DNA from: an uncultured Candidatus Saccharibacteria bacterium
GTDB lineage: Bacteria > Patescibacteriota > Minisyncoccia > Minisyncoccales > JAGLUP01
Direction of reading: 5' to 3'
DNA length: 36,980 nucleotides
NCBI GenBank assembly: GCA_964400775.1
Contig: CAYNVZ010000001.1
Location: 1-36,980 of the forward strand
The translations under genes were made by a program, and so were the position numbers. Of the stretch, positions 20,911 to 28,915 are shown piece by piece. How positions within the stretch are numbered: the stretch's first letter is position 1; each line of letters starts with the position of its first letter. Under the pieces are notes generated by a model. That model worked only from the letters and a program-made list of their open reading frames with translations. It searched no databases and was not told where the DNA came from.

Positions 20911-22599
20911 ATGCAAGAAATTTTAGAAAACAAGCCAAAAAAGAAAATAATACTTCTGGGCAATGAAGCAGTAGTCAGAGGAGCTTTAGAAGCAGGGGTG
21001 CAGTTTGTTTCTACCTATCCTGGTACTCCTGCTTCAGAAATTGGAAATGTTTTTTATAAAATTGCCAAAAAAGCAGGGGTGATTTTTGAGTTCTCTGTCA
21101 ATGAAAAAACAGCAATGGAGGCAGCAGCTGGCGCTTCTTTCTGCGGTTTAAGGTCTTTAGTGGCAATGAAGCACTTCGGCTTGAATGTGGCCTCTGATTT
21201 TCTGCTTCCTTTGGTTTATTCAGGAATAAAAGGAGGTATGGTAATTTTAGTAGCTGATGACCCTGGCTGTTGGAGTTCAGCTCAATCAGAAGAAAATACC
21301 CGCGGATTTGCTTATTTATCTCACATTCCAATTTTAGAACCTGCTACGCCCCAAGAATGCAAAGAGTTTACCAAGCTTGCTTTTGAATTCTCAGAAAGAT
21401 TTAAAATACCTATTATGATACGAGAAACAACAAGGGTCTCTCATCAAAGCGCTCCGGTAGTTCTGGGAAAAATTACAAAAAGAAAAAACAAAGCCAAATT
21501 TGTCAAAAATGTTCATCAGTTTTCAACAATGCCTCCCAGGGTCTTAGAAATGCACCAAGAACTTTTGGAAAAAATTGAACAAATAAGGAAATTCTCTGAA
21601 AAAAGCCCTCTTAATAAAGTTGTACGAACCCCAACCTCGTCCCAAAGAAAACAGGACCGGGCCCTTCCTGTTTCTAATCTTGGGATAATTACTTCTGGAG
21701 TTTCTTATTTGTATGTAAGAGAGGCCTTAAAAGAATTAGATATATCTTTGCCTGTTTTAAAGCTTGGCTTTTTTCATCCCTTGCCTAATAAAAAAATAAA
21801 GAGATTTATTAAAAACCTAAAAAAGGTTCTCATAGTTGAAGAACTTGATCCATATTTGGAAAGAGAAACCGAAATTCTGGCAAGAGAGGTAAACCCTGGA
21901 TTAAAAATTTTTGGAAAAAATCTCTTGCCAGAAGTCAGAGAATTAAAGCCAGAATATGTAATCTCAGCTGTTTCTCAACTTACAGGTAAAAAAAGCAGAT
22001 TTAATTTTCAAAAACATCTAAAAGAAATTAAAAAAATAAAATGGGCAAAACGCTTTCCTGTACTTTGTCCTGGTTGTCCTTATTGGTTTGTATTCTCAGC
22101 TGTAAAAAGGGCAGCTCCGAAAGGAACAATCTTTGGCGGAGGAATTGGTTGTTATATGTTAGCAGCATTTCCTCCCCACCACCTCCAGGACTATCTTTAT
22201 TGTATGGGTTCCTCTGCTGGAATCGCTCATGGAATTAAAAAAGCAAGTAAACAAAAACTCATTACCTTTGTTGGTGACTCATCTTTTTTCCACGCCGGCA
22301 TTCCTGCTTTAATTAACACTGTTTTTAATAAATCAAATCCTTTAATAATTATTATGAACAATAGCACTACAGCAATGACAGGACACCAGCCCCACCCTGG
22401 AAGCAAAAGACCTAAACAAGAAAACCACGCACAGCTAATAAAAATTGAAGATATTGTTCGCGCCTGCGGAGTGAAAAACCTAAAAGTTATTGACCCGATA
22501 AACATAAAAGAAATGGAAAAAACAATCAAAGAATTTTTAAACAAAAAAGATGTCTCAGTAATTATTGCTCGACGGTCCTGCGCCCGGCTAAAAAAATAG
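20911..22599 (+). CDS. iorA: Indolepyruvate:ferredoxin oxidoreductase alpha subunit (TPP-binding), without a C-terminal ferredoxin domain
   Basis: LLGNEAVVRGALEAGV..STYPGTPASEI N-terminus, CPGCPYW, and the TPP motif GDSSFFHAG..NN. I see no CxxCxxCxxxCP motif. TAG stop. Confidence 0.85.
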   Translation: MQEILENKPKKKIILLGNEAVVRGALEAGVQFVSTYPGTPASEIGNVFYKIAKKAGVIFEFSVNEKTAMEAAAGASFCGLRSLVAMKHFGLNVASDFLLPLVYSGIKGGMVILVADDPGCWSSAQSEENTRGFAYLSHIPILEPATPQECKEFTKLAFEFSERFKIPIMIRETTRVSHQSAPVVLGKITKRKNKAKFVKNVHQFSTMPPRVLEMHQELLEKIEQIRKFSEKSPLNKVVRTPTSSQRKQDRALPVSNLGIITSGVSYLYVREALKELDISLPVLKLGFFHPLPNKKIKRFIKNLKKVLIVEELDPYLERETEILAREVNPGLKIFGKNLLPEVRELKPEYVISAVSQLTGKKSRFNFQKHLKEIKKIKWAKRFPVLCPGCPYWFVFSAVKRAAPKGTIFGGGIGCYMLAAFPPHHLQDYLYCMGSSAGIAHGIKKASKQKLITFVGDSSFFHAGIPALINTVFNKSNPLIIIMNNSTTAMTGHQPHPGSKRPKQENHAQLIKIEDIVRACGVKNLKVIDPINIKEMEKTIKEFLNKKDVSVIIARRSCARLKK

Positions 22600-22616
22600 C
22601 CATCCTGTATATAAAT

Positions 22617-23216
22617 ATGCTTAATAAAAACAAACAATTTAATATGGTCATCGTAGGAACTGGAGGACAGGGGGTGCTCACCCTGCTTAGAATTATTAGC
22701 TTGTCCGCTTTGTTAGAAGGAAAAGAGGTGAAAACCTCTGAGCTTCACGGATTATCTCAGCGAGGTGGTTCTGTGGAGGTCCACCTGCGACTAGGCAAAA
22801 ACATTTTTTCTCCTTTGGTAAAACAAGGAGGAGCTGATTTAATAATTGCTCTGGAAGCCCAAGAAGCATTAAGGGCCTGCTATTATGCCTCAAAAGAAAC
22901 AAAGACAATATTTTTAATAAACGATTTCTTTGTTCCAATCCCTGGGAAAAGGTTATTGAAAAAGGACAGTATCTTGAAAAATTTGAAAAAATTCTCTCAG
23001 GAAATAATTTTATTCCCGGCCTCAGCTATCTGCAAAAAACAAGTGAGCACTTCTGTAACAGCAGGAGTTTTTCTAATCTCTTTGGCTTGTTTTAAAAATT
23101 TAATTCCCTTAAAACCAAACTCAATTTTACAAGCCCTCAAGCAAATAATTCCTGAAAAATACCTTGAACTAAATGAAAAAACCTGGCTTTTGGCTAAACA
23201 AAACATAAAAAACTAA
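22617..23216 (+). CDS. iorB: Indolepyruvate oxidoreductase beta subunit (2-oxoacid oxidoreductase gamma-type domain)
   Basis: VIVGTGGQGVLTL..ELHGLSQRGGSV motifs, directly downstream of iorA. Confidence 0.85.
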   Translation: MLNKNKQFNMVIVGTGGQGVLTLLRIISLSALLEGKEVKTSELHGLSQRGGSVEVHLRLGKNIFSPLVKQGGADLIIALEAQEALRACYYASKETKTIFLINDFFVPIPGKRLLKKDSILKNLKKFSQEIILFPASAICKKQVSTSVTAGVFLISLACFKNLIPLKPNSILQALKQIIPEKYLELNEKTWLLAKQNIKN

Positions 23217-23290
23217 AAGTATACGTCTAAGCAACTCGGCAGGGAAATAGAAGAATAAAAGGAAATCGTCTTGTTGGATGAAAATTTTCT

Positions 23291-24259
23291 ATGAAGGATA
23301 AAAATATCGTTGTTATTGGAGGGGGGACAGGTATCTTCACGGTTTTGTCCGGCTTAAAAAAATATCCGGTAAAGCTATCGGCAGTTGTTTCTATGGCAGA
23401 TGACGGTGGTTCTACCAAGGTATTACGAGAAGAATTCGGAATCCTTCCTCCTGGAAGTGTAAGGCCAGCGCTGGTTGCTCTTTCTGATTCTGAAGAAAAA
23501 ATTGCTAATTTGTTTAATTATCGCTTTACTCAGGGTAGTCTGAAAAACCATAACTTTGGCAATATCCTTATTACTGCTTTAACTGAAATGTATGGTGATT
23601 TTGAAAAAGCAATCACAGAAGCCGGCAAATTACTTAACATTAAAGGAAGAGTCATTCCTTCAACCCTGGACAACGCTCGTTTATTTGCTCAATTGGAAAA
23701 TGGACAAATTATTAAAGGAGAAACCAATATTGATATTCCTAAACATAACGGCAGATTAAAAATAAAAAAGGTTTATCTTAAACCAAGGTGCAAGGCGAAC
23801 AAACAAGCGCTTAAAGCAATATCAAAAGCAGACCTTATTATTATTGGCCCTGGCGATCTATACACTAGCATTATTCCCAATTTATTAGTTAAAGGGATTC
23901 CCCAAGCAATTCGAAAAAGCAAGGCAAAGAAAATCTATATCTGTAATTTAATGACAAAATTCGGTGAGACCAATAATTTCAAAGGAAAAGATTTTGTAGA
24001 AACAATTGAAAAATACTTAGGGAAAAATGTTTTAAACTATGTTGTCTTCAATAATAAAAAACCCTCTAAGGCACGTATAGCAAAATACGAAAAAGAAAAA
24101 GCTAATTTTGTAGAGTATAATAAAAAGGATTTCTCTAGCCCTCAAAAACAAAACTTTCAGATTATTGAAGGCAACTTTTTAAGGACTAGAGGATTTATCC
24201 GGCATTGTCCTGAAAAATTAGCCAAAACTATAATGAAAATACTATTTGAGCAGAGCTAA
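23291..24259 (+). CDS. YvcK/CofD-family protein (UPF0052, gluconeogenesis factor-like)
   Basis: IVVIGGGTGIFTVLSGLK and SMADDGGSTKVLR motifs, plus IIIGPGDLYTSIIPNLLV. Confidence 0.85.
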   Translation: MKDKNIVVIGGGTGIFTVLSGLKKYPVKLSAVVSMADDGGSTKVLREEFGILPPGSVRPALVALSDSEEKIANLFNYRFTQGSLKNHNFGNILITALTEMYGDFEKAITEAGKLLNIKGRVIPSTLDNARLFAQLENGQIIKGETNIDIPKHNGRLKIKKVYLKPRCKANKQALKAISKADLIIIGPGDLYTSIIPNLLVKGIPQAIRKSKAKKIYICNLMTKFGETNNFKGKDFVETIEKYLGKNVLNYVVFNNKKPSKARIAKYEKEKANFVEYNKKDFSSPQKQNFQIIEGNFLRTRGFIRHCPEKLAKTIMKILFEQS

Positions 24260-24260
24260 A

Positions 24261-25877
24261 ATGAAAATCATTTTTGATTTTGACCATACCCTTTTTAGAA
24301 CAAAAGATTTTTACAGAACGCTTCAGACAGATTTTAAAAAAATAGGCATAGACAAAAAATTATTCCTGCAAACCTATAAAGAAACCAAGATAAGGCATAT
24401 TGTATACAAACCATTCCAGCAATTCCGTCTTATTATTAAAAAAAATCCAGGATTTACACTTAAAGAGCTAAAAAATCTGTTAGAGAATGCCCTAAATCAA
24501 GTAGACCGATTTCTATATCCGGATGTTATACCCTTTTTAAAAAAAATTCATCTGATAAAACCCTCTTTTAAAACAGAAAAAGCAGGGCAGTGTTTTAACT
24601 CAAATAAAAACTTTGACGTTGACCTTTTTATTCTCTCTTTCGGAGGAGACAAATTCCAGAAGCAAAAAATAAAAAAATCTGGAATAGTTGATTATTTTAA
24701 GAAAATAATTCTTACCACTGATATCACAAAAATAGATGGAATGAAAAAAATTCTGAAAAAACAGGAAAGAGCTATATTTATAGATGACAACCTTCACTCC
24801 CTGCTTAAAATTAAAAAATACTTTCCTAACCTAATAATTGTAAGGATAAACCGAACCAAAAGAAAATGCGCCCAAGAACCTTCTAACAAAGAAATTGATT
24901 ATTGTGTAAAAAATTTAAAAGAATTTAATAAAATTTTACAAATAATAAATAAAAATAAAAAAGCCCTTGTGTTGTTCTCTGGCGGGCTGGACTCTATTTT
25001 AGCTGTAAAAATTTTACAAGCCCAGAACATAAAAATAACAGGAATAACCTTTAAAAGTTATTTTTTTAATAGTAACCAAGCAGAAAAAACAGCAAAGAAT
25101 TTGAGGGTAAAATTAAAAATAGTTGATATATCTAAAGAACATTTAAAAATAGTTAAATCGCCAAAATATGGCTATGGAAAGGCAATGAACCCTTGCATTG
25201 ATTGTCGTATTTTAATGTTAAAAAAAGCCAAAGAGTATATGAAAAAAGAAAAATTTGATTTTGTTGCTACAGGTGAGGTTCTGGGTCAAAGACCAATGAC
25301 ACAAAACAAAAAAACCTTGGAACTAATTGAAAAAAAATCAGGCCTAACCGGATATCTTTTACGGCCCCTTTCAGCGAAACTACTTAAACCTACTATTCCT
25401 GAAAAAAAAGGTTTAATAAATAGAAAAGAACTTTTAGATATTTCCGGCCGTTCAAGAAAAAGACAAATCGTCTTGGCTAAAAAATGGAAGATTAAAGAAT
25501 ATCCCAGCCCTGCCGGCGGCTGTCTTTTGACTGACCTTGAATTTGGCAAACGTCTGAAAAAACTATTAAAAATTTATCCCCAATGTCAAGGCAATGATAT
25601 TGAATTATTAAAAACAGGACGGCACTTCTGGGATGGCAAAGCCAAGATAATCGTGGGCCGAGATGACAAAGAAAATAAAAAAATCAAAAAACTGGCAAGA
25701 TCCAAAGATATTTTAATTGAAATGAAAAACTATCCCGGTCCTTTAACATTGGTCAGATATTATGCCAAAACCAAAATTCCTAAAACAACTTTAGAAAAAG
25801 CAAAAAAATTAACCCAGCACTATTCCACTAAAGCCAGAAATAAAAAAAATGTGGAATTCAAAATCTATTCAAAATAA
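24261..25877 (+). CDS. Fusion: N-terminal HAD-like hydrolase domain plus C-terminal PP-loop ATP pyrophosphatase (ThiI/MnmA-like tRNA thiolation family)
   Basis: HAD motif I MKIIFDFDHTLF and motif IV IFIDDN. The PP-loop LVLFSGGLDS, NPCIDCR and ATGEVLGQRPMTQ are as in tRNA sulfurtransferase-type AANH enzymes. The track start 24246 overlaps the yvcK-like gene; the ATG at 24261 is preferred. Confidence 0.7.
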   Translation: MKIIFDFDHTLFRTKDFYRTLQTDFKKIGIDKKLFLQTYKETKIRHIVYKPFQQFRLIIKKNPGFTLKELKNLLENALNQVDRFLYPDVIPFLKKIHLIKPSFKTEKAGQCFNSNKNFDVDLFILSFGGDKFQKQKIKKSGIVDYFKKIILTTDITKIDGMKKILKKQERAIFIDDNLHSLLKIKKYFPNLIIVRINRTKRKCAQEPSNKEIDYCVKNLKEFNKILQIINKNKKALVLFSGGLDSILAVKILQAQNIKITGITFKSYFFNSNQAEKTAKNLRVKLKIVDISKEHLKIVKSPKYGYGKAMNPCIDCRILMLKKAKEYMKKEKFDFVATGEVLGQRPMTQNKKTLELIEKKSGLTGYLLRPLSAKLLKPTIPEKKGLINRKELLDISGRSRKRQIVLAKKWKIKEYPSPAGGCLLTDLEFGKRLKKLLKIYPQCQGNDIELLKTGRHFWDGKAKIIVGRDDKENKKIKKLARSKDILIEMKNYPGPLTLVRYYAKTKIPKTTLEKAKKLTQHYSTKARNKKNVEFKIYSK

Positions 25878-26781
25878 ATATGTAATCGGAATAGATGGCG
25901 GAGGAACAAAAACCTTAACTGCCTTAGCTGACCTAAATGGAAAAATTTTAAGAAAAGCAAAAACAGGGCCTTCTAACCCTAGAAATATAGGAGTAGAAAA
26001 ATCAATCTCTAATGTCATACAAGGAATTGAAAAAGTAATAAAAGGTATTAAAAAACAAAAAATTGTTTCTATTTTTGTTGCTCTACCAGCTATTGAAGAA
26101 GAATATAAATCTAAAAAGAAAGAAATTAAAGTAGAGTTAAGTTCTGCTTTAAAAATTGCTCAAAATAAAATATCAGTAGGCAGTGACCAGCTGGCTGCTT
26201 TTAGGGCAGGCACTGATGAAAAAAATGGCCTGGTCTTAATTGCTGGCACTGGCTGTGTTGCCCATGGCTGGAAAGGAAATAAACAAGCCAAAATAAGTGG
26301 CTGGGGTTATTTGGCTGATGAAGGATCAGCTTTCTGGACAGGCCACAAGGCATATCAAATTATCCTGAAAAATTTAGATGGACGAGGACCAAAAACTCTT
26401 ATTACAAAATGGACCTTTAAAAAATGGAACATTAAAAATAAACAAGGCCTTGTTAAAAAAATATACTCAAACCCAATAAAATTTATTCCCTTACTTTCAA
26501 TTTTCACAGACAAGGCCTGCGCTAAAAAGGACAAACCTGCCTGTTCTATACTAAAGCAGGCAGGTCAAGAGTTAGCTTTAACAGCAAATACAGCTATAAA
26601 AAAACTTAATTTTCAAAAACAATCCTTTCCCTTGGTATTGGTAGGTAGTATGTTTAAATCAAAAATCGTCTTGAATACAGTAAAAAAACAAATCAAAAAA
26701 ACTGCTCCAAAAGTAAAATTTATTAGACCAAAAGCCGAACCAGTTTTAGGAGCAGTAAAATTAGCTATTGAACAAATTTAA
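25849..26781 (+). CDS. BadF/BadG/BcrA/BcrD-type ATPase (N-acetylglucosamine kinase-like)
   Basis: VIGIDGGGTKT, LIAGTGCVA and GWGYLADEGSAFW motifs. Confidence 0.8.
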   Translation: MWNSKSIQNKYVIGIDGGGTKTLTALADLNGKILRKAKTGPSNPRNIGVEKSISNVIQGIEKVIKGIKKQKIVSIFVALPAIEEEYKSKKKEIKVELSSALKIAQNKISVGSDQLAAFRAGTDEKNGLVLIAGTGCVAHGWKGNKQAKISGWGYLADEGSAFWTGHKAYQIILKNLDGRGPKTLITKWTFKKWNIKNKQGLVKKIYSNPIKFIPLLSIFTDKACAKKDKPACSILKQAGQELALTANTAIKKLNFQKQSFPLVLVGSMFKSKIVLNTVKKQIKKTAPKVKFIRPKAEPVLGAVKLAIEQI

Positions 26782-26880
26782 AACAATAAAAAGTAAATGC
26801 CTTACTGACCGCTATCACTAATAGGTTGTAAACTTGAAAAATTAAATTGTATTTTGTAATTGCTAACTTGGTAATGATTT

Positions 26881-26917
26881 ATCCCCCACCACTTTTCTGC
26901 GAAAAGTGGTGGGGGAT
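26881..26917. repeat. GC-rich palindromic element, copy 3
   Basis: ATCCCCCACCACTTTTC-TGC-GAAAAGTGGTGGGGGAT, a perfect 17-bp stem, between the convergent kinase gene and tRNA-Leu. Confidence 0.85.
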
Positions 26918-26952
26918 TTGTTCATTTTGTTACCGAATTAAATCATCTTAAA

Positions 26953-27039
26953 TGGTGCCGCGGGTGGGATTCGAACCCACACGAGGTTGCCCTCATACGA
27001 TTTTGAGTCGTACGCGTAAACCAATTCCGCCACCGCGGC
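26953..27039 (-). tRNA. tRNA-Leu (anticodon CAA), class II with a long variable arm and an encoded CCA
   Basis: The minus strand reads GCCGCGGTGGCGGAATTGGTTTACGCGTACGACTCAAAATCGTATGAGGGCAACCTCGTGTGGGTTCGAATCCCACCCGCGGCACCA. It has a 7-bp acceptor stem, an anticodon stem TACGA/TCGTA with loop CTCAAAA, and a T-arm GGGTTCGAATCCC. Confidence 0.93.
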
Positions 27040-27060
27040 ATTATAACATAATAGCAAAAA

Positions 27061-28842
27061 TTATTGTTTTTTCCAAGAGGCCATTATCACTTTTTGGGGC
27101 CATTTTTTTTGAAGCCGTTTTAAATTTCCACAATCAATTTTATGAACTGAAGCTCCCTGGTTTTTGGTAATATAGGCCTGAATTTTATCTCCTGGTTTAG
27201 GAGAACAACATTTAGCCAAATTTATCAAATATCCAGTTTCTCCTCCAATAAAAACCTTTGCCTGCTTTCTTTCTAAGTGTTTTGGTTTGAGAGATTCCTT
27301 TAATGTTTTAATAAATTTTTTTTGCTTTAATCCCTGAATGGCCTGGTCCAGTATTTGTTTTCCTTTAACCAAGTGATTGGGCTGGGTTTTTTTTCTAAAC
27401 CAACTTTTAATTCGGGAACGGGCCATATTTGTTTTAACAAACTTAAGCCAGTCCTGAGAGGGCTCTCTTTTTTTGTCTGTAATAATTTCTACTAAATCTC
27501 CATTTTTTAATGAATAAGACAAGGCAACCATCTTCTCATTTACCTTGGCGCCAGCACATTTGTTGCCAATTTCAGTGTGAACAGCATAAGCAAAATCAAC
27601 CGGAGTTGCGCCTTCAGGCAGATCAATAACATCTCCTTTAGGAGTGAAAACAAAAATTCTGTCTTTAAAAAAATCAATCTTCAATGATTTTAGATATTCA
27701 TCAGGAGAAAGCTCTTTGGTTTCCCTTTGCCATTCTTGAAGTTGTCTTACCCATTTTAATTTTTTTTCTGGCGGTTTTGTCACAAATCTTTTAATCTGCG
27801 AAACAAGTCCTTTTTGTTCTGTATAATACCAGTGTGCAGCAATTCCAAACTCTGCCTCTTTATGCATCTGAGGAGTTCTAATTTGAAACTCAGTAATCTT
27901 GCCATCTAAGCAAAAAACCGTTGTATGCAAAGAGCGATAATTATTGGGTTTTGGCACAGCAATATAATCCTTAATCCGGCCAGGCAAGGGCTTCCAAAGC
28001 TTATGAATAATACCCAATGCCCTGTAGCAGTCCTTAACATTTTTTACAATAATACGCAGAGCCACTAAATCATAAATTTTATCCAAATTATTGTCATAAC
28101 GTAAAAGCTTTTGATACAAACTATAATACCGCTTGCTCCTAGAATGAATTTCTATTATATCCACACCTGCCTTTTTCAGTTCTTTCTCAATAACCCGTCT
28201 AACCTTTTTTAGGTACTTCTCCCGCTGTTCGTATCGCTCTTTTACTTGATTTATTAATTTCTTGTATTCTTTTGGATAAGCATAAGAAAAGGCAATATCT
28301 TCTAAACGACCCTTTAGGTCTCCTATTCCTAATCTATGACACAAAGGAGCATAAATCTCTAATGTCTCTAAAGCAATTCTCTTTTGCTTTTCTGGCGGTA
28401 GATAGCTTAGTGTCTTAAGATTGTGAAGCCGGTCGCAGAATTTAATTAAAATTACTCTAATATCTTCAGCCATAGCTAAAAATATCTTTCTCAGGTTTTC
28501 TACATAGCGCTGAATTCCGCGATATTTAATCTTGCCTAATTTACTAACCCCTTCAACCAAAAAAGCAATTTCTTTACCAAACTCTTTTTGAATTTCTTCA
28601 TTAGTAACTTCAGTATCATCTACTACATCATGTAAAAGCCCAGCAGCAATGGTTATTGAACCTAATTTCATTTCAGCTAAATAATAGGCCACATATAGAG
28701 GATGAATAATATAATCCTCTCCTGATTTTCTTTTCTGACCGTGATGAGCTTTTTCTGCAAAATAATATGCTTTTTTTATCAATTCAAAATCTGCCTTAGG
28801 ATTATAGCTTTTTATTTTTTTGAGAAGAACATTTATTGTCAT
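27061..28842 (-). CDS. rel: Bifunctional RelA/SpoT-homolog (p)ppGpp synthetase/hydrolase, short form lacking the C-terminal ACT/RRM domain
   Basis: HD hydrolase motifs (HHGQKRKSGEDYIIHP, LLHDVVDDT), synthetase motifs (SRSKRYYSLYQK, NYRSLHTTV, EFQIRT), a TGS domain (IFVFTPKGDVIDLPEGATPVDFAY) and a Cys-rich ZFD (CCSPKPGD..VHKIDC). The protein ends about 25 aa after the ZFD. Confidence 0.9.
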   Translation of the reverse strand: MTINVLLKKIKSYNPKADFELIKKAYYFAEKAHHGQKRKSGEDYIIHPLYVAYYLAEMKLGSITIAAGLLHDVVDDTEVTNEEIQKEFGKEIAFLVEGVSKLGKIKYRGIQRYVENLRKIFLAMAEDIRVILIKFCDRLHNLKTLSYLPPEKQKRIALETLEIYAPLCHRLGIGDLKGRLEDIAFSYAYPKEYKKLINQVKERYEQREKYLKKVRRVIEKELKKAGVDIIEIHSRSKRYYSLYQKLLRYDNNLDKIYDLVALRIIVKNVKDCYRALGIIHKLWKPLPGRIKDYIAVPKPNNYRSLHTTVFCLDGKITEFQIRTPQMHKEAEFGIAAHWYYTEQKGLVSQIKRFVTKPPEKKLKWVRQLQEWQRETKELSPDEYLKSLKIDFFKDRIFVFTPKGDVIDLPEGATPVDFAYAVHTEIGNKCAGAKVNEKMVALSYSLKNGDLVEIITDKKREPSQDWLKFVKTNMARSRIKSWFRKKTQPNHLVKGKQILDQAIQGLKQKKFIKTLKESLKPKHLERKQAKVFIGGETGYLINLAKCCSPKPGDKIQAYITKNQGASVHKIDCGNLKRLQKKWPQKVIMASWKKQ

Positions 28843-28915
28843 AACTATTTGCCCTGTTAGAGGATTGTTCCCTTAATTTATTTTTATAAAATTTTTGAAT
28901 AAAAAACTTTTTTAT

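Noticed and set aside
16541-26917. CRISPR repeats as the explanation for the 37-41 bp palindromes
   Set aside because: The copies are 2-8 kb apart, each alone in a different intergenic spacer. There is no regular spacing, no array and no cas genes.
26952-27170. 72-aa plus-strand ORF
   Set aside because: It overlaps the antisense of tRNA-Leu and the 3' end of rel. The tRNA cloverleaf explains the region.
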